A DNA stretch of 64,000 nucleotides from NCBI GenBank assembly GCA_030390025.1, contig CM059439.1, positions 40,858,001 through 40,922,000 of the forward strand, written 5' to 3'. Both the position numbers and the translations under genes were made by a program. Positions 50,326 through 62,924 of this stretch are shown piece after piece (position 1 is the first letter of the stretch; each line of letters opens with the position of its first letter). Origin of the DNA: Squalus acanthias. Taxonomy: Eukaryota. Under the pieces are notes generated by a model. That model was not told where the DNA came from, made no database searches, and saw only the letters and a program-made list of their open reading frames with translations.

Positions 50326-52585
50326 AAGTCTGATACTTGTTTTAAGGAATCTTTTGGAATTATCTATATACTCAAAATATTAAGATCAGTGTACAACATT
50401 TTTTACAACGTGCAGCAAGACGGGCAACCTGCACATTTCGAACACAAAATAGCCCTTTCAGGAAGCGTGATAAAATTATCTATTTGAACGTCCCTTATTA
50501 CATAATTACCCGATTTTATAAACCCAAACATCAACATTATATTCTTCCTGCCAAGGACTGTATGATTTCACATATGCAATTAGCAGTCAATATCACGTGA
50601 ATTACATAACCACACAGACCTGTAATTCTGCCCTTTTTCTTAATTAAACCCGCGTCCCGCAATTCTTTGGTATCAAGGCGCGAAATTTGCTGTAAAGAAA
50701 CTAGTCGATTCAGGTTAAACGATGCATCTTGCAGTGAATGAAGGCGAACGGCGGATAAAATTACCAGTTAAATTACCCCGGCTGCTCTAATAAGGGAGGA
50801 GGTGTCTGACAGCTGATTGATTTATGTTAGTTTGAAGAATGGCACCTCGGCGGGACCTTTTTAAATTCAGAATATTTTCTGTTTCGCTGCAGATTTCCCC
50901 ATGTAGATTACACTTGGTTTAACCTGTTGTTTCCAATAACCTTGTAACGTTGTTTAGATAAACTGTGTTGTGTTGCAAACGCTAAACGTAAGGACAATTA
51001 ATTAAACCAGGTGGATAGCTAAGCATGTTTTGTCAATTAATCTTAATTATCACCAATTATGGAAACAAAATAAATCACACTCGAATCTTTAACGTAGGGC
51101 GCTGCGGTTCTGAAGGCAAACCTTCAGCTCCAATAACCATTGATCTGTCGTGTGACTGGGATCTGACTTCAATATGTAGCCAAACATAACACTTCAAACA
51201 TTTTGCACAATGATGGGCTTTAATAGAAGTGCCGCATTTAATTAGGGGTCTATCTATCACATAGTCAGTCGTTTCCAGTTTCAGCTTTTTAAAATATTAA
51301 TCCAGTTTCCTATTTATTTTTAAGTTTCAACGACGCAGTTCATATAATAGATATTTTGAAGTTTCGATATTCGAGTAAATTTATGTTGCTGCTAAGTCGC
51401 TCACTTGTTGGAGTGGATAAAAACAATTTTCTTTTGGTTCCTCTGTGCCTTTGATATAGAGGCACTGGTATATAATAGAGGTGGGACTGATGAAATAAAG
51501 TTACACATTTTATCATCATTATGTGAGAAGCGATGTTAGCAACAGTTAACATCCATCGGCCATTTCCGGGAACGTATTTCTGCGGCTCGGTGGATTGGAT
51601 TGTTGTTGCCCCACTCGTCACTCGCCCTTTGCTCTTCCACCCGGGATCGCTGTTGGATCATTTCTTTGGAAAGTGGGAGCAGAGGGATTTCTTACGACGG
51701 AATTTCTCGACTAAAACGATTCTTTGACTTATTATACTGGCAAAAGTCCAGTTCTCCATTATGGTTTATTATATATAGTTGAAAAAAGTACAATTTTAGT
51801 TACAAAGCATAAACCCATACGATTTTTCTCACTTTTTATATAAAATTACTTGTAGCAGATAATAGATGATAAATTTGGTATGCAAAATTCAGTCGAAACC
51901 TCAAGACCATGAAACACATACTCTTGGGTTTTCATGTTTATGTTCATGTCTACATCACTGTAGTCTGCCTTCATTCTTCAGAATCAAGGATCTAGCGTCA
52001 ACATCCATGAATAACGACAGTGTTGCCCATTTTTGAGATAAAAAATCTTACTGGTGAACTGTTAGTCCAATTATAAGGTCTCACATTCACATTTTACATT
52101 TATAATTATTGAATTTCATCCAGAAAATTGAAAGAACTTGCATTTTAAAGCTGTTCACAGCCAATGAATTATATCGAATTGACGATGGGAAAAATGACAA
52201 AGTTGATTTGCTGAAACACGGATGTCAAATGTATAAACTAAAGTGAGCTATTTCTTCCGAAAGCTGTATGTGTTGATGACAGCGAACTAATTTAAACCCC
52301 CCTTTGCAATTATCAGAGGAAATAATTACTGAAGTACACTTGTTACTTACCCAGAATTCAACGTCTGACTTACTCGGTAATTACATCATCCTTATAACGA
52401 CTGTCTGCAAAAGAAAGTAGAACTTCACTTTTAGTAAACATTTTGTTTAAAAAAATAACGTCTCCAAATAACATTGAGCATAAAATAAAGGATAAAACTG
52501 CTGTTTAGGTTAGTATGGGAACAGTTGTATCTTTAAGATACTGTTGTAATTTTCACTTGGTTATTTTCGAAGGTTCAGGTGGACA

Positions 52586-52650
52586 CTAGGTAACAGTAAC
52601 CATAACCAATCAGAAGTGTGCTTTCATCCGCGTGCCATTCGGCCAATCGC
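52586..52650 (+). promoter_or_regulatory. Candidate DMRTA2 proximal promoter with two CCAAT (NF-Y) boxes
   Basis: aaCCAATcag (52606-52610) and ggCCAATcgc (52643-52647), both in good NF-Y context, about 300 bp upstream of the ATG in CpG-rich sequence. Confidence 0.6.
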
Positions 52651-52932
52651 AGGCGCCACATGTTGTCAATTTCATTCTAATGAAAACGTAACGAGCAACA
52701 ATAGAGAGAGCGCGGGACTGGAGTCATTGAAGCTCTGTATCGAGCAGCATTAATGTTAATGTCACACATATCAGCGCCTTCTTCTCACACCGCTCTTAAG
52801 TGTCTTTCCTAATCTTGCCTGCGCATTAATCCGTGGCGATCCCAACTGTTTCCAGCTGAGTTTTTAAGAATTAGTTTGAGGTTGAAATTTGTTGCAATCA
52901 TTTTAAATTTAGCAGCAATCTATTCGAAAGTA

Positions 52933-53356
52933 ATGGAACTGCGTACGGAGCTTTCTACCACCCCGTCTACTCCGACAGCTATACCTGTCTCAGTGGCGGG
53001 GACGCTCCTTCGTGCTCCGCCTCTGCTTCTACGCGCCACCGAGAAGTACCCCAGGACTCCCAAGTGCGCCCGATGCAGGAACCACGGGGTCGTCTCAGCT
53101 CTGAAGGGCCACAAACGTTACTGTCGCTGGAAGGATTGCATGTGTGCCAAGTGCACCCTGATCGCTGAGAGGCAGCGAGTGATGGCGGCCCAGGTGGCCC
53201 TGAGGAGGCAGCAGGCACAGGAAGAAAACGAAGCTCGGGAGCTGCAACTTCTGTACGGGACAGCGGAAGGATTGGCCATTGCAGCTGCCAACGGTATGAT
53301 CCCATCCCGATCCACTTACGACGTCTTTGGTTCCGCCTGCTCCGATGGTAACGCAG
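52933..53356 (+). CDS. DMRTA2: Doublesex- and mab-3-related transcription factor A2 (DMRT5), coding exon 1 (DM domain)
   Basis: MELRTEL...[87 protein letters not shown]; donor GCAG|gtaaaa, phase 1. It lies downstream of FAF1, as in other vertebrates. Confidence 0.97.
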
Positions 53357-54885
53357 GTAAAACTTTAGCTTTCAAAAGTTTCGGGAACTTTTGTTTGGTC
53401 GCTTGAAAACTCTTTGCTCGCAGTTGCAATAATAATCCGTACAGTTGCTTTTTCCAGCGAAGTGCTTGTTAATTTTAAATTCAAAATCAAGATAATGAAT
53501 CCGTGTTTGTGGGAAGGTCTCTACCACAAAATCTTAGGTGTGTTTATTTAAGAACGTAATAATAATACCTTCATAATGAATTTATGTTTACTACGTTTAA
53601 TTAGATATTTTAACATGTATTTTTTAAATTATTAAATATTAGATTTCCCAAGATCAAATTTAGAAACTAGCAATGAAAACGTGTAAAAAAAATTGCCGCT
53701 CGGGAAGTTTTTAATTTACGAGAGAGCAAGTCTAGAACTTCCCATTGTCCTGGCCTCTTTCATCATTAATACTCAGTGGAGTAGTTTAGGCCTCAGATGT
53801 TAAATGCAATTTGATGTAATCATTGGATTAATAAACATCTCATCTGTTGTGGAATCTAAACTTTCAACCAATGACGATTAAAAAAACATTTTTCTTCTGT
53901 AGAAAATTGGTGCGGGCAATTACATTGGAGAATTATATTTTTCTGGTTTTGGTTATGTGTCATTTATTCACTTCAGAGACAGCATTCAATTATACTTTTG
54001 TCGATTTTCCGTGTACAGATTACATAATATTTGTACATTTTATATAATTGTAAGAGAAAAAGAGAATACGGAAGAATGTGATTTTGGTGCATATCCAAAT
54101 GAAAACTATCACGCGTGAAAGGACCGAGACATAAAGGAACAGTTTAACAACGTTTGTTTGAGCATTAGTTACAGCACATGCTATTCCAAGTAAATACCCA
54201 TTTATGAAATAATTCCATGAGGCAAGTTAGTAATCAATTATACTTATTAAAAAGATATATATTGGAGAGAATGGGATTATTTAGAAATAATTTGCACAGC
54301 AAGTGGTGTAATCCTAAAATCACAGGTCGTGTTTCCCTCTCTGATTAGATCACCGAGGTTCAAATCATTTGTTGCCCTTTTCCTATTATCCGAGAAGTCG
54401 CTTACGAGACCTAAGAATCTATATTTCAAAAATAATATTTGATTCAATTAAAAGTAATGATTAAGAAGCAAATTCATTTCAAATACAAGTTAAATATCGG
54501 GCTTTCTAAAACGTTTCGAACAAATCACTAACTCTCATCACATTAATTTGAGGAGTGATTTCCAGTTCTGCAAAATCTAATGTTGGGAATTGCTGTTATG
54601 AATATATGCTATAGTATTTAGTTCCAGGACTCTGATCACAGCACACATCCATTGTAAGGAGATTTACTGATGGCAAAAAGTGAGCTGTCAAAGATCCAAC
54701 CTGGGTATCCTACCATGAGCTTTCAAAATCCCATTGTCTCTTTGTTGTTGTGCTTATTTTCAACTTGCCCTGTATTTCTAAATAATTACAACAGTTCAGA
54801 AAAGGAGAACGACTTTAAAACTGTTCTAGAAAAATCCACACTGGATTACAATAGTTTAAAACATTTTAAATCTCTTGATTTGCAG

Positions 54886-55757
54886 AAACTAAACTCCAGA
54901 AGTATGAGTTATTTCAAAAAAGTTTAATGCCACGAGCTGTTACTCCTCAACAGTCCTTGGTGAAGCCGATGACCGGTGACAGCGAGTCGGGCACTGGCAG
55001 TGTGCCGGGGACCTCGTCCCCAGACCTTCGTCACGGCTCTGGGTCAGAGAACGGAGATGGAGAATCATTCCTCAGCTCCCCCATCTGTAAAGTTCTTAAA
55101 GAAGGAGAAGATAGTCCAAGGACCATCACGCCGCTGGGCTCTGATTCTGGGTCAGAGGCAGAAAAGGACGAGAGAGACGGCACCCCGTCCACAGGTGCCC
55201 GCCAGAGGACTCCCATAGAGATTCTGACCAGAGTTTTTCCATCGCACAAGAGAAGCGTTCTAGAGCTAGTCCTCCAAGGTTGCGGAGGGGACGTTGTCCA
55301 AGCCATCGAGCAGATTCTGAACAATAGAGAACAAGACAAGGTTTCCGAAGAAACTTGGCACCGAGATAGGACTCATCAGACTGTCCAAGGACCTACATCA
55401 CATCGACCTCTGGTAGCTGGGGCCGTGCCTCCTGCCATTGGAACTCTGGGCAACAGGTCTGCTTTCTCCCCACTGCAACCCAATGCGGCCCATTTTACTG
55501 CAGATCCCAATGCCTATGCCATTGGGCCACATCTAGGACTCAATCCTCTTCGCTTAGCATATTCAGCCCATAGCAGGGGACTTGCTTTCATGACGCCTTA
55601 TTCCACAACAGGTCTTGTCCCAACACTGGGCTTTCGTCCACCCATGGATTACGCTTTCAGCGACCTCATGCGAGATAGGTCCAACTTGCAGAAAGATCAA
55701 GTGTACACTAATGGACTTTACGGATCGGTTGTAAATAATAACATGGAGAAACAGTAA
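54886..55757 (+). CDS. DMRTA2: DMRTA2 coding exon 2 (DMA domain, C-terminus)
   Basis: Acceptor tctcttgatttgcag|; the splice restores [10 protein letters not shown]. Contains [11 protein letters not shown], the DMA domain [40 protein letters not shown] and [19 protein letters not shown], ending EKQ-TAA. Joined CDS is 1296 nt (431 aa). Confidence 0.97.
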
Positions 55758-56384
55758 GTTGCAATGCTCCAAGGCGTCTTAAAACTGCCACAAAGCACTG
55801 GCTGGATTGCTGGGAAATTGCCCCATGCCTATGTGGTTATTTTAGAACAAGCATGGGGGAAAGCTAAATATTTAATAATATTAATAATAAACATGATTGT
55901 ACAATAAAGTGCTAAGGTGCAATTTTGTTAAGGGTATATTTCGCTGGTATTGTAATTCATAGCCATAATCACGGAATTCCTTTGATTATTGTGTACTTAG
56001 ATACTCAAGTGTAATGTCTATAAACAAAACTGAATTAATCCTAAATTATTAATGTAATATGTAGAAGATACGATATTCTAATGGAACCGCGGACAACGTG
56101 CTACGTACCTTTTTAAGGTGCAGATTAAATATTTTATTGTAGATTTTTGAGTTAGGGCTTGTTTTGCGACTGTTTCTTTCAAATAGACGTTGGGAAATGT
56201 GTATATACCAAACGTCAGGAAAACTAGCTGCATTTGTAATTGTATTTAGGCAAAGGCTACAGCAAGACAGTAGCGCAATGTTTGTACACTTGCACTGTAT
56301 ATAAAAGCTTGCTGCTGATCTGTGTTGATTCTAGCATTTATTTTTCGTGTAAACAGTCAAAGTTATGTGTTTGCATTTGATAGA

Positions 56385-56390
56385 AATAAA
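56385..56390 (+). terminator. Candidate DMRTA2 distal polyadenylation signal (proximal alternatives at 55886 and 55903)
   Basis: AATAAA at the end of an AT-rich, UTR-like stretch carrying TGTA motifs. Confidence 0.5.
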
Positions 56391-58790
56391 AGTTATTTTG
56401 TAAACACATTTCTGGAGACGGATCTTGAATTAAACCTCTGACCAAACTAAAGCTGACAGCACAAGAGTTTTTGTGAATATTTTTGGTTCGTTTGGAAAAC
56501 CGTTATTTTCACGAGGAAATATATGGACATCCAAAGAACCTAGTTGTGGTAAACGAAATCTAGAGCTAATTCCGAAAATATTAAACCAATTTTCTGATTT
56601 CAGCGAATACACACAGTTGGCGAGGCGTTCTTATATCAAGCTTACCTCGAATTGTTTAGAAAAGAACTAAAAGAATAACCCATTCATGAAATGCATGAAG
56701 TTTGTAACTCAGTCCGAAGAATACACTCGAGTGACATTAAAACTTTATGGCCGTGTACATATAATAAAGAGGGGCTCACTGTATTGCTGAATTAAGATTG
56801 CACAACTCATCAAATTCGTAGCCATGGCAACCTAATCCTGCTAAACGGCTCTCTGGCAGAGTTGATCTATTTACTTTCTTGCATCAAGTATAACTGTGTA
56901 AACATCATGTCTAAAAGGACAGTGTTGAGCTTACAGCTACCGCTCATATATTGGTGTTCAGGAAGGGAAATATGAAACCTGTTTGAAACAGGGACATTTC
57001 TATCAGCAGCTCAGATGGGTTTTTACCTCAAGAAAATAAATGTTTAATTTTTTCAGTTTTTACTTTCACAGACCAATATCGCCGCTGATATCAAAAGAAT
57101 GCTACATATCTGAGCTATTTTAGTGGACCCTTTACAATAACTTCCCGTCAACTAATCCAACACACATTTTGCAAGTAGTCCGGCAATATTACAAAACTTG
57201 TTCCTGAATCTACCAGTCAGTGAAACATAATATGACTACAATACGACGATTTAATAAAGTGGGGCTTTAATAGTGAGCTAATTTGATTGGGTTGCCTAAT
57301 TCCACTTTAATTGAAAAGAACTGTATTTAGGATGGTAGCAGAGTGTCTGTACCAGGAAAGTGGCCAACATCTGAATAAACCTTCACAGCTGAATTTGTTC
57401 AGGATGAGTTTCTATATCTGGGATTACTGCCGTGGGCGTTAGGACACAGAGGACTGCCACCGCGGTTATGTAAGGTCACAACATCTTTCGCTAGGTCTCT
57501 GTCAGACTGTACGTTATTACTATTATTTCTGCAGGTTTCACCTATTTTAAAACAGAGCTTTGATATTAATTGGATTTTAACCACATCTTGTTTTAGAATT
57601 TACAACAAGCACTGCAACCTCTCTAGTGCCACTTTGTTTCATTAATTATAAACCTATTTTACATCTATAAATACACAGCATCTTTAAATGTAATAGTTTA
57701 GGAACATCAACCCGATATACTCACAAAGTACATAAAGGCGGGGCAATAAGAACGTTCCTCTCAACTGTCTCGCAGTTATGTAGAAGTTTAATTTAATCAA
57801 AATAAAGTTGGTTAGGAAAAATCATGGTTGTAGAAGATCAAAATTAAACTATTTACCACAATCTCGTCAAGTCTTTACATAGTTGGAACACAACATGTAG
57901 TTACTTGTTCAGTAGTTTTAAACATTAAGAACAAAATAAGGTACGAAATGCTAGAACATTAATTATTAATATATTTCAAATAGTCACAGTGAAAACCGAA
58001 AGCAAAAGAAGGTGATGTACTCGTTTCCGCAAGTCTTGTAAAGGAGATATAAATGTAATTTGAAGAGACTTATTCCTTCCGGTATATTTAACTGTTTGTT
58101 TTTCCTTCAAACAAGCAGTTTGAGAATTTGTTTAAAAATAATAATAATTATAAGTATATTATCAATATTACATAAAGCCGAGGCAAATATGGTCCTTTAC
58201 TTTAGGTGCTTTCAATGATTCTAGAGTAAAACACGCCGAGGTAGTCTAAATGTAATAATAGTAAAGAGTTTATTAAAGTCAATTTCCTTATGTCATCAAA
58301 ACACCGATAATTGCACCAGAAACACCTCATAAATTTCACATGGCCGTTACAAATATGTCTCTGTTGCTGCATCTAATGGCTCGTGTTAATTGCATTTATT
58401 TAAAACGCAGATTTTGTAACAAAATACTAACAATGCATTTTAACATTTTAAATTCGTGGTTATTTTAAACATTTTATTAATTTGGGTAGCAAGTTATAAT
58501 TTTGAAAAGTTTCACAAAAACTCAAACAGCAGAAAGTAAGTGAAAAGAATTCGCTGACTGTCCTGAAAACGGTTATGTGAAATGTTTTAAAATCGTGGAT
58601 TATTAATTAATGGTAAGCATTTGAATTTGTGAAACCAGTAACAAGAAACAATTGAATGTGCCACAAACAACATCGTTTCAAACAGGTTACATGAACCCGA
58701 GGACCACAGTTAGGAGTTGGTGGCATTCATTGAACGTGCGATTCCATCAATTAACGATCTTTATTCACAAATCACAGGATTTGGGAACAA

Positions 58791-58856
58791 AAATAAAAGG
58801 TTTCTAAATTATAAATAAAAGGTTTCTAAATTATAAATAAAAGGTTTCTAAATTAT
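58791..58856. repeat. Perfect tandem repeat, 3 x 22 bp (aaataaaaggtttctaaattat)
   Basis: Three identical units starting at 58791, 58813 and 58835. Confidence 0.95.
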
Positions 58857-60478
58857 AAAAGGCGGTTACGGATAATAGCAATTCAGTAAATTTCAGCTAT
58901 CATACGAACCCCAAATCCTTTTGCATTTTGCATTCACTCTAATACATTCACTCTAAGTATGAGATGTATCTATTTCACAGTTTCTTTTCATTCAAAAATA
59001 ACTGAATCTGTTTTGCCTTTAACCGTGGAAGAAGTTGGAAGTTTTTATTGCGTTTTACACGAAGACTCTCCAGCTAAGAAAGATTTTGCAAAATTCTATG
59101 TTATCAATAAATAGCATCCGATTTAGTAGATTTTTTTCACAGTGAGGGATTTCGAGGGTATCGCAGTTCCCTTTGTGCGATTATTCTTTCAGGTCGCGGT
59201 TAGTACAGCTGGCGGTTATGTTTAAAACACTGCCCGTGATAGTTTTAAATTACCGTGCATTCTTTTGTTTTACAAAGTACTTAAATTATAAATTCACTAT
59301 CAAACTGGCGAAGACATAAGTACTATCCATGTTACTGACGTGTTGAGTAATGTGATTAATTTGTCTTTTTGGTGAAAAAGCTAAGGTTTAGCTCTCGTAG
59401 GTGTCTGATATTTAATGATCCAAACATCGGCAACCTGCCATTACAGTGTAATGCAGGGAAGAATAATAAAGCTTACCGACTCTACCGAATGAGTTCAACC
59501 AACAGTAAACTGTATTCGCGTTTAGAGGAGTTTAACGAGCTTGGCCGCGGTCTTTGCTCAAAGGATGATACTTATTTTTCTTCAACTTCAGGAAATACTC
59601 TATTTCGGTATTTTGGTGTCACAATCTGCACACATTCTTTTCATTCCTCGCCTTTACGTATTTCAGATTAATACCAGTATTGTTGACATTAAATACCAAG
59701 TAAAAAAGTTCAGTTTGAAACTTAAATATGCTTCTGAGTGCTGCTCAGAAGTTTAAAAAAATGCTGGGGATATAATTAAAAAACAAACGTTTCACCGATC
59801 CGTGACGACAAATACACGAGTTGTTCGTTTAAGGAAGAATTCTTTAATAACGGTGTCAGTTGTGACATTTATTACTTTAAAAGAAAAAGTGAGCACTTGG
59901 AGTTGGAATGTTAAATTAATTAGTGTCAAAGCTGTAAACGCTATTTTGTCACAGCACATCTACAGTAAGTATTGTATTCATTTCACTGTTGTCCACTAAA
60001 CATATATGAAACGTTATTTAATCTTAAATGGCACTACAAATTATTGTTGAAAAGCTAGTTTGTGCCGATTTTTTAATGAATCAGTAAGTATTGAATCCAA
60101 AGCCCCTTTGTCTGAATAAGTGCTCATTACTGTGAGCAGGAGGCTGAGTCAGTACTTGTAACTTGGGTGTGGTTCAAAGGTGTATAAAAGTAAATAGTAT
60201 CTGCTGACACACAGAGTGGTCTGCACAGAGCGGTCTGAAATGGCGTGCACTTAAACGGAGTGTTAAAGTTGGGAATGTGGAGAGAGTGGGAAATCAATGC
60301 AGAGGGGGAAGGAGGTGCTGCTTTTTGCCTCCAATACTTGTAGTGGTTTGGTTTAAAACATTTAATTTAATCTACCTATAACTTAAACTAGATCTAGTAA
60401 TTAGTTAAAAAAACTTAACTTAAACTTAAATTAAATACATAAAATAAAATTAAATAAATAAAACAAGGTTATATAGGG

Positions 60479-61410
60479 ATGGCAGTGCAGGTGGTGTGTC
60501 ACAACTGCAGAATATTGGAGTTTGTGGAGAGCATCGCAATCCTGGATAACCATGTCTGCAGTAAGTGCCTGCATCACAAGGAACATCAGCTCAGAGTTGT
60601 TGAGCTGGAGTCCGAGGTGCAGACATTGCGGGACATCAGGGAGGGAGAAAGTTACCTGGACGCTTTGATCCTGGAGGCAGTCACACCCCTTAAGTTAGGT
60701 AGTGTTAGAGTTCTGGTTAGTGGTCAGGGACAGGAGGGTGTGACTGCGACTCAGGCAGGTAAGGAGACCCCAGGTGCAGTGCTGCTGGAGCCTCGGCCTT
60801 TGCCCTTTTCCAACAGGTACGGAGTTCTTGCTGCCTGTGTGGATGAGGGCGAAGTCTGCAGGGAGGATGAGCAAACTGACCACAGCACCGTGGTACAGGA
60901 GGCCATTCAAGTGGGGGGAGTGAAAAGGAATGTTGTAGTGGTAGGGAACAGTAGAGTCAGGAGGATAGATACTTTTCTCTGCAGTCACGACCGGGAGTTC
61001 CAAAGGCTGTGTTGTCTGCCCGGTGCCAGGGTTAAGAATATCTCCTTGTGGCTGGGGAAGAATTTGGAGTGGGAGGGGGAAGATCCAGTTGTCGTGGTCC
61101 ATGTAGGAACTAGGAATGAGGTTTTGCTGAGTGAGTTTGAGGAGCTAGGGACCAAATTAAAATGCAGAATCTCAAAGGTAAGAATCTCTGGATTGTTACC
61201 TGAGCCACATGCAAATTGGCATAGCAACAAGCAGATTAGAAGGTTAAAATTGTGAAAGAGTAGTGTGGGAAGCAGGGGTTTCAATTCATGGGGCACTGGC
61301 ACCAGTACTGGGGAAAGAGAGAGCTGTTCTGTTGGGATGGGCGCCAATTAAACCAGGTTGGGACCAGTGTCCTGGCAAATCAAATAACTAGGATGGTAGA
61401 TAGGGCTTTA
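60479..61410 (+). pseudogene. CR1 ORF1 (zinc-finger/leucine-zipper plus SGNH esterase-like domain), frameshifted near 61255
   Basis: CHNC..CSKC zinc ligands, a coiled segment, SNRYGVL, VVVVGNSRVR, CCLPGARV and VVVVHVGT. Confidence 0.85.
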
Positions 61411-62460
61411 AACTAATGAGGGGGGGGGGGTGGTGTTGGAGGATTCAGGAAAGGGTAAATTTAAAAGCAGTAAGAAAAATGTCAAGGCTGTAGAGCAGAG
61501 TAGTGATTTGGGTAAAAATAAGCAGAGTGGGTCAGGAAGGGACAGAGAGAAGCTAATAGGGTATCAGTGACTAAGGTGACATCAGGGAAAAATAGAAAAA
61601 AGTTAAAGCTAAAGGCACTATATCTGAATACGTGAAGCATTCACAACAAAATAGATGAATTAATAGCACAGATAGAAATAAATGGGTTTGATTTAATAGC
61701 TATTACAGAGATGTGGTTGCAGAGTGACCAAGGTTGGGAACTAAATATTCCAGCATACTTGACTTTTAGAACAGCCCTGATAATAAAGGATGGGATAAAA
61801 ACAGTAGAGTGAAAGGATGTTAGCTCAGAAAAACAAGAAATAGAATCACTTTTGGTGGAGCTAAGAAACAACAAGGGGCAGAAAACACTGGTAGGGTAGT
61901 TTATAGGCCCCCCTAACAGTAGCTGTAGTGTCAGGCACAGTATAAATCAGGAAATTAGAGGTGCATGTAACAAGGGTAATGTGGTAATCATGGGGAACTT
62001 TAATTTTCATATAGACTGGGCAAACCAAATTTGCAGTAATAGTGCAGAGGACGAGTTCATGGAATGCATTCAAGATAGTTTTCTAGATCAGTATGTGGAG
62101 AAACCAACTCAGAAACAGGCAATTTTAGATCTAGTATTGTGCAATGACACAGGTTAATTAATAACCTTGTAGTAAAGGAGCCTCTGGGGAGCAGTGATCA
62201 TAATATGATAGAATTTTATATTTAGTTTGAGAGTGATTTAGTTAAGTCTGAAACTAGGGTCTTAAACCTGAACAAAGCAAATTACGTAGGTATGAGAGCT
62301 GAGTTGGTTAAGGTAGGTTGGGAAACTAAATTAAAAGATATGATGGTAGATAAGCAATGGCAAACATTTAAAGAAATAATTCATAATTTGCAACAAATAT
62401 ACAGTCCCTTAAGGAATAAAAAACCCACAGGAAAATTGGTCCAACCGTGGCTAACAAAGA

Positions 62461-62924
62461 AGGAAAGATTTGCATTTATATAACGGCTTACACCGATCAC
62501 CGGATGTCCCAAAGTGATTTACAGCCAATGAAGTGCATGTTGCAGTGTAGTCACTGTTGTAATGTAGGAAACATGGCAGCCAATTCACACACAGCAAGCT
62601 CCCACAAACAGCAATGTGATAATGACCAGATAATCTGTTTTAGTGATGTTGATTAAGGGATAAATATTGGCTGGGACACCGGGGATAACTCCCCTGCTTT
62701 TCTTTAAAATTATGCCATAGGATCTTTTACGTCCACCTGAGAGGGCAGATGGGGCCTCGGTTTAATGTGTCATCTAGATGACACCTCCAGCTGTGCAGCA
62801 CTCCCTCAGTACTGCACTGGAGTGTCGACCTAGATTTTTGTGCTCAAGTCTCTGGAATGGGACTTGAACCCACAATCCTCTGACTCATAGGCGAGGGTGC
62901 TACCAACTGAGCCAAGGCTAACAC
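62461..62924 (-). mobile_element. Full-length tRNA-headed Deu-SINE inserted in CR1 ORF2
   Basis: Minus strand has A box tggctcagttgg, B box ggttcaagtcc, Deu core and L2-type tail. Flanked by a near-identical 10-bp TSD ctaacaaaga (62451-62460) / ctaaacaaga (62925-62934). Confidence 0.92.

Noticed and set aside
40800-52500. Short ORFs of 60-105 aa in the intergenic region
   Set aside because: No recognisable domains or exon structure; consistent with random ORFs, many starting at non-ATG codons.
52905-52918. Splice acceptor (tttagcag) implying a non-coding first exon of DMRTA2
   Set aside because: The polypyrimidine tract is weak and I found no convincing upstream donor; RNA data are needed.
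52876-52932. N-terminal extension of DMRTA2 suggested by the ORF track
   Set aside because: It starts at TTG, and homology begins at MELR (ATG 52933).
54927-55757. 276-aa ORF as a separate gene
   Set aside because: It is DMRTA2 coding exon 2; the real exon starts at the acceptor before 54886.
60479-61255. Novel zinc-finger/esterase host gene
   Set aside because: It is CR1 ORF1, frameshifted and followed directly by ORF2 remnants.
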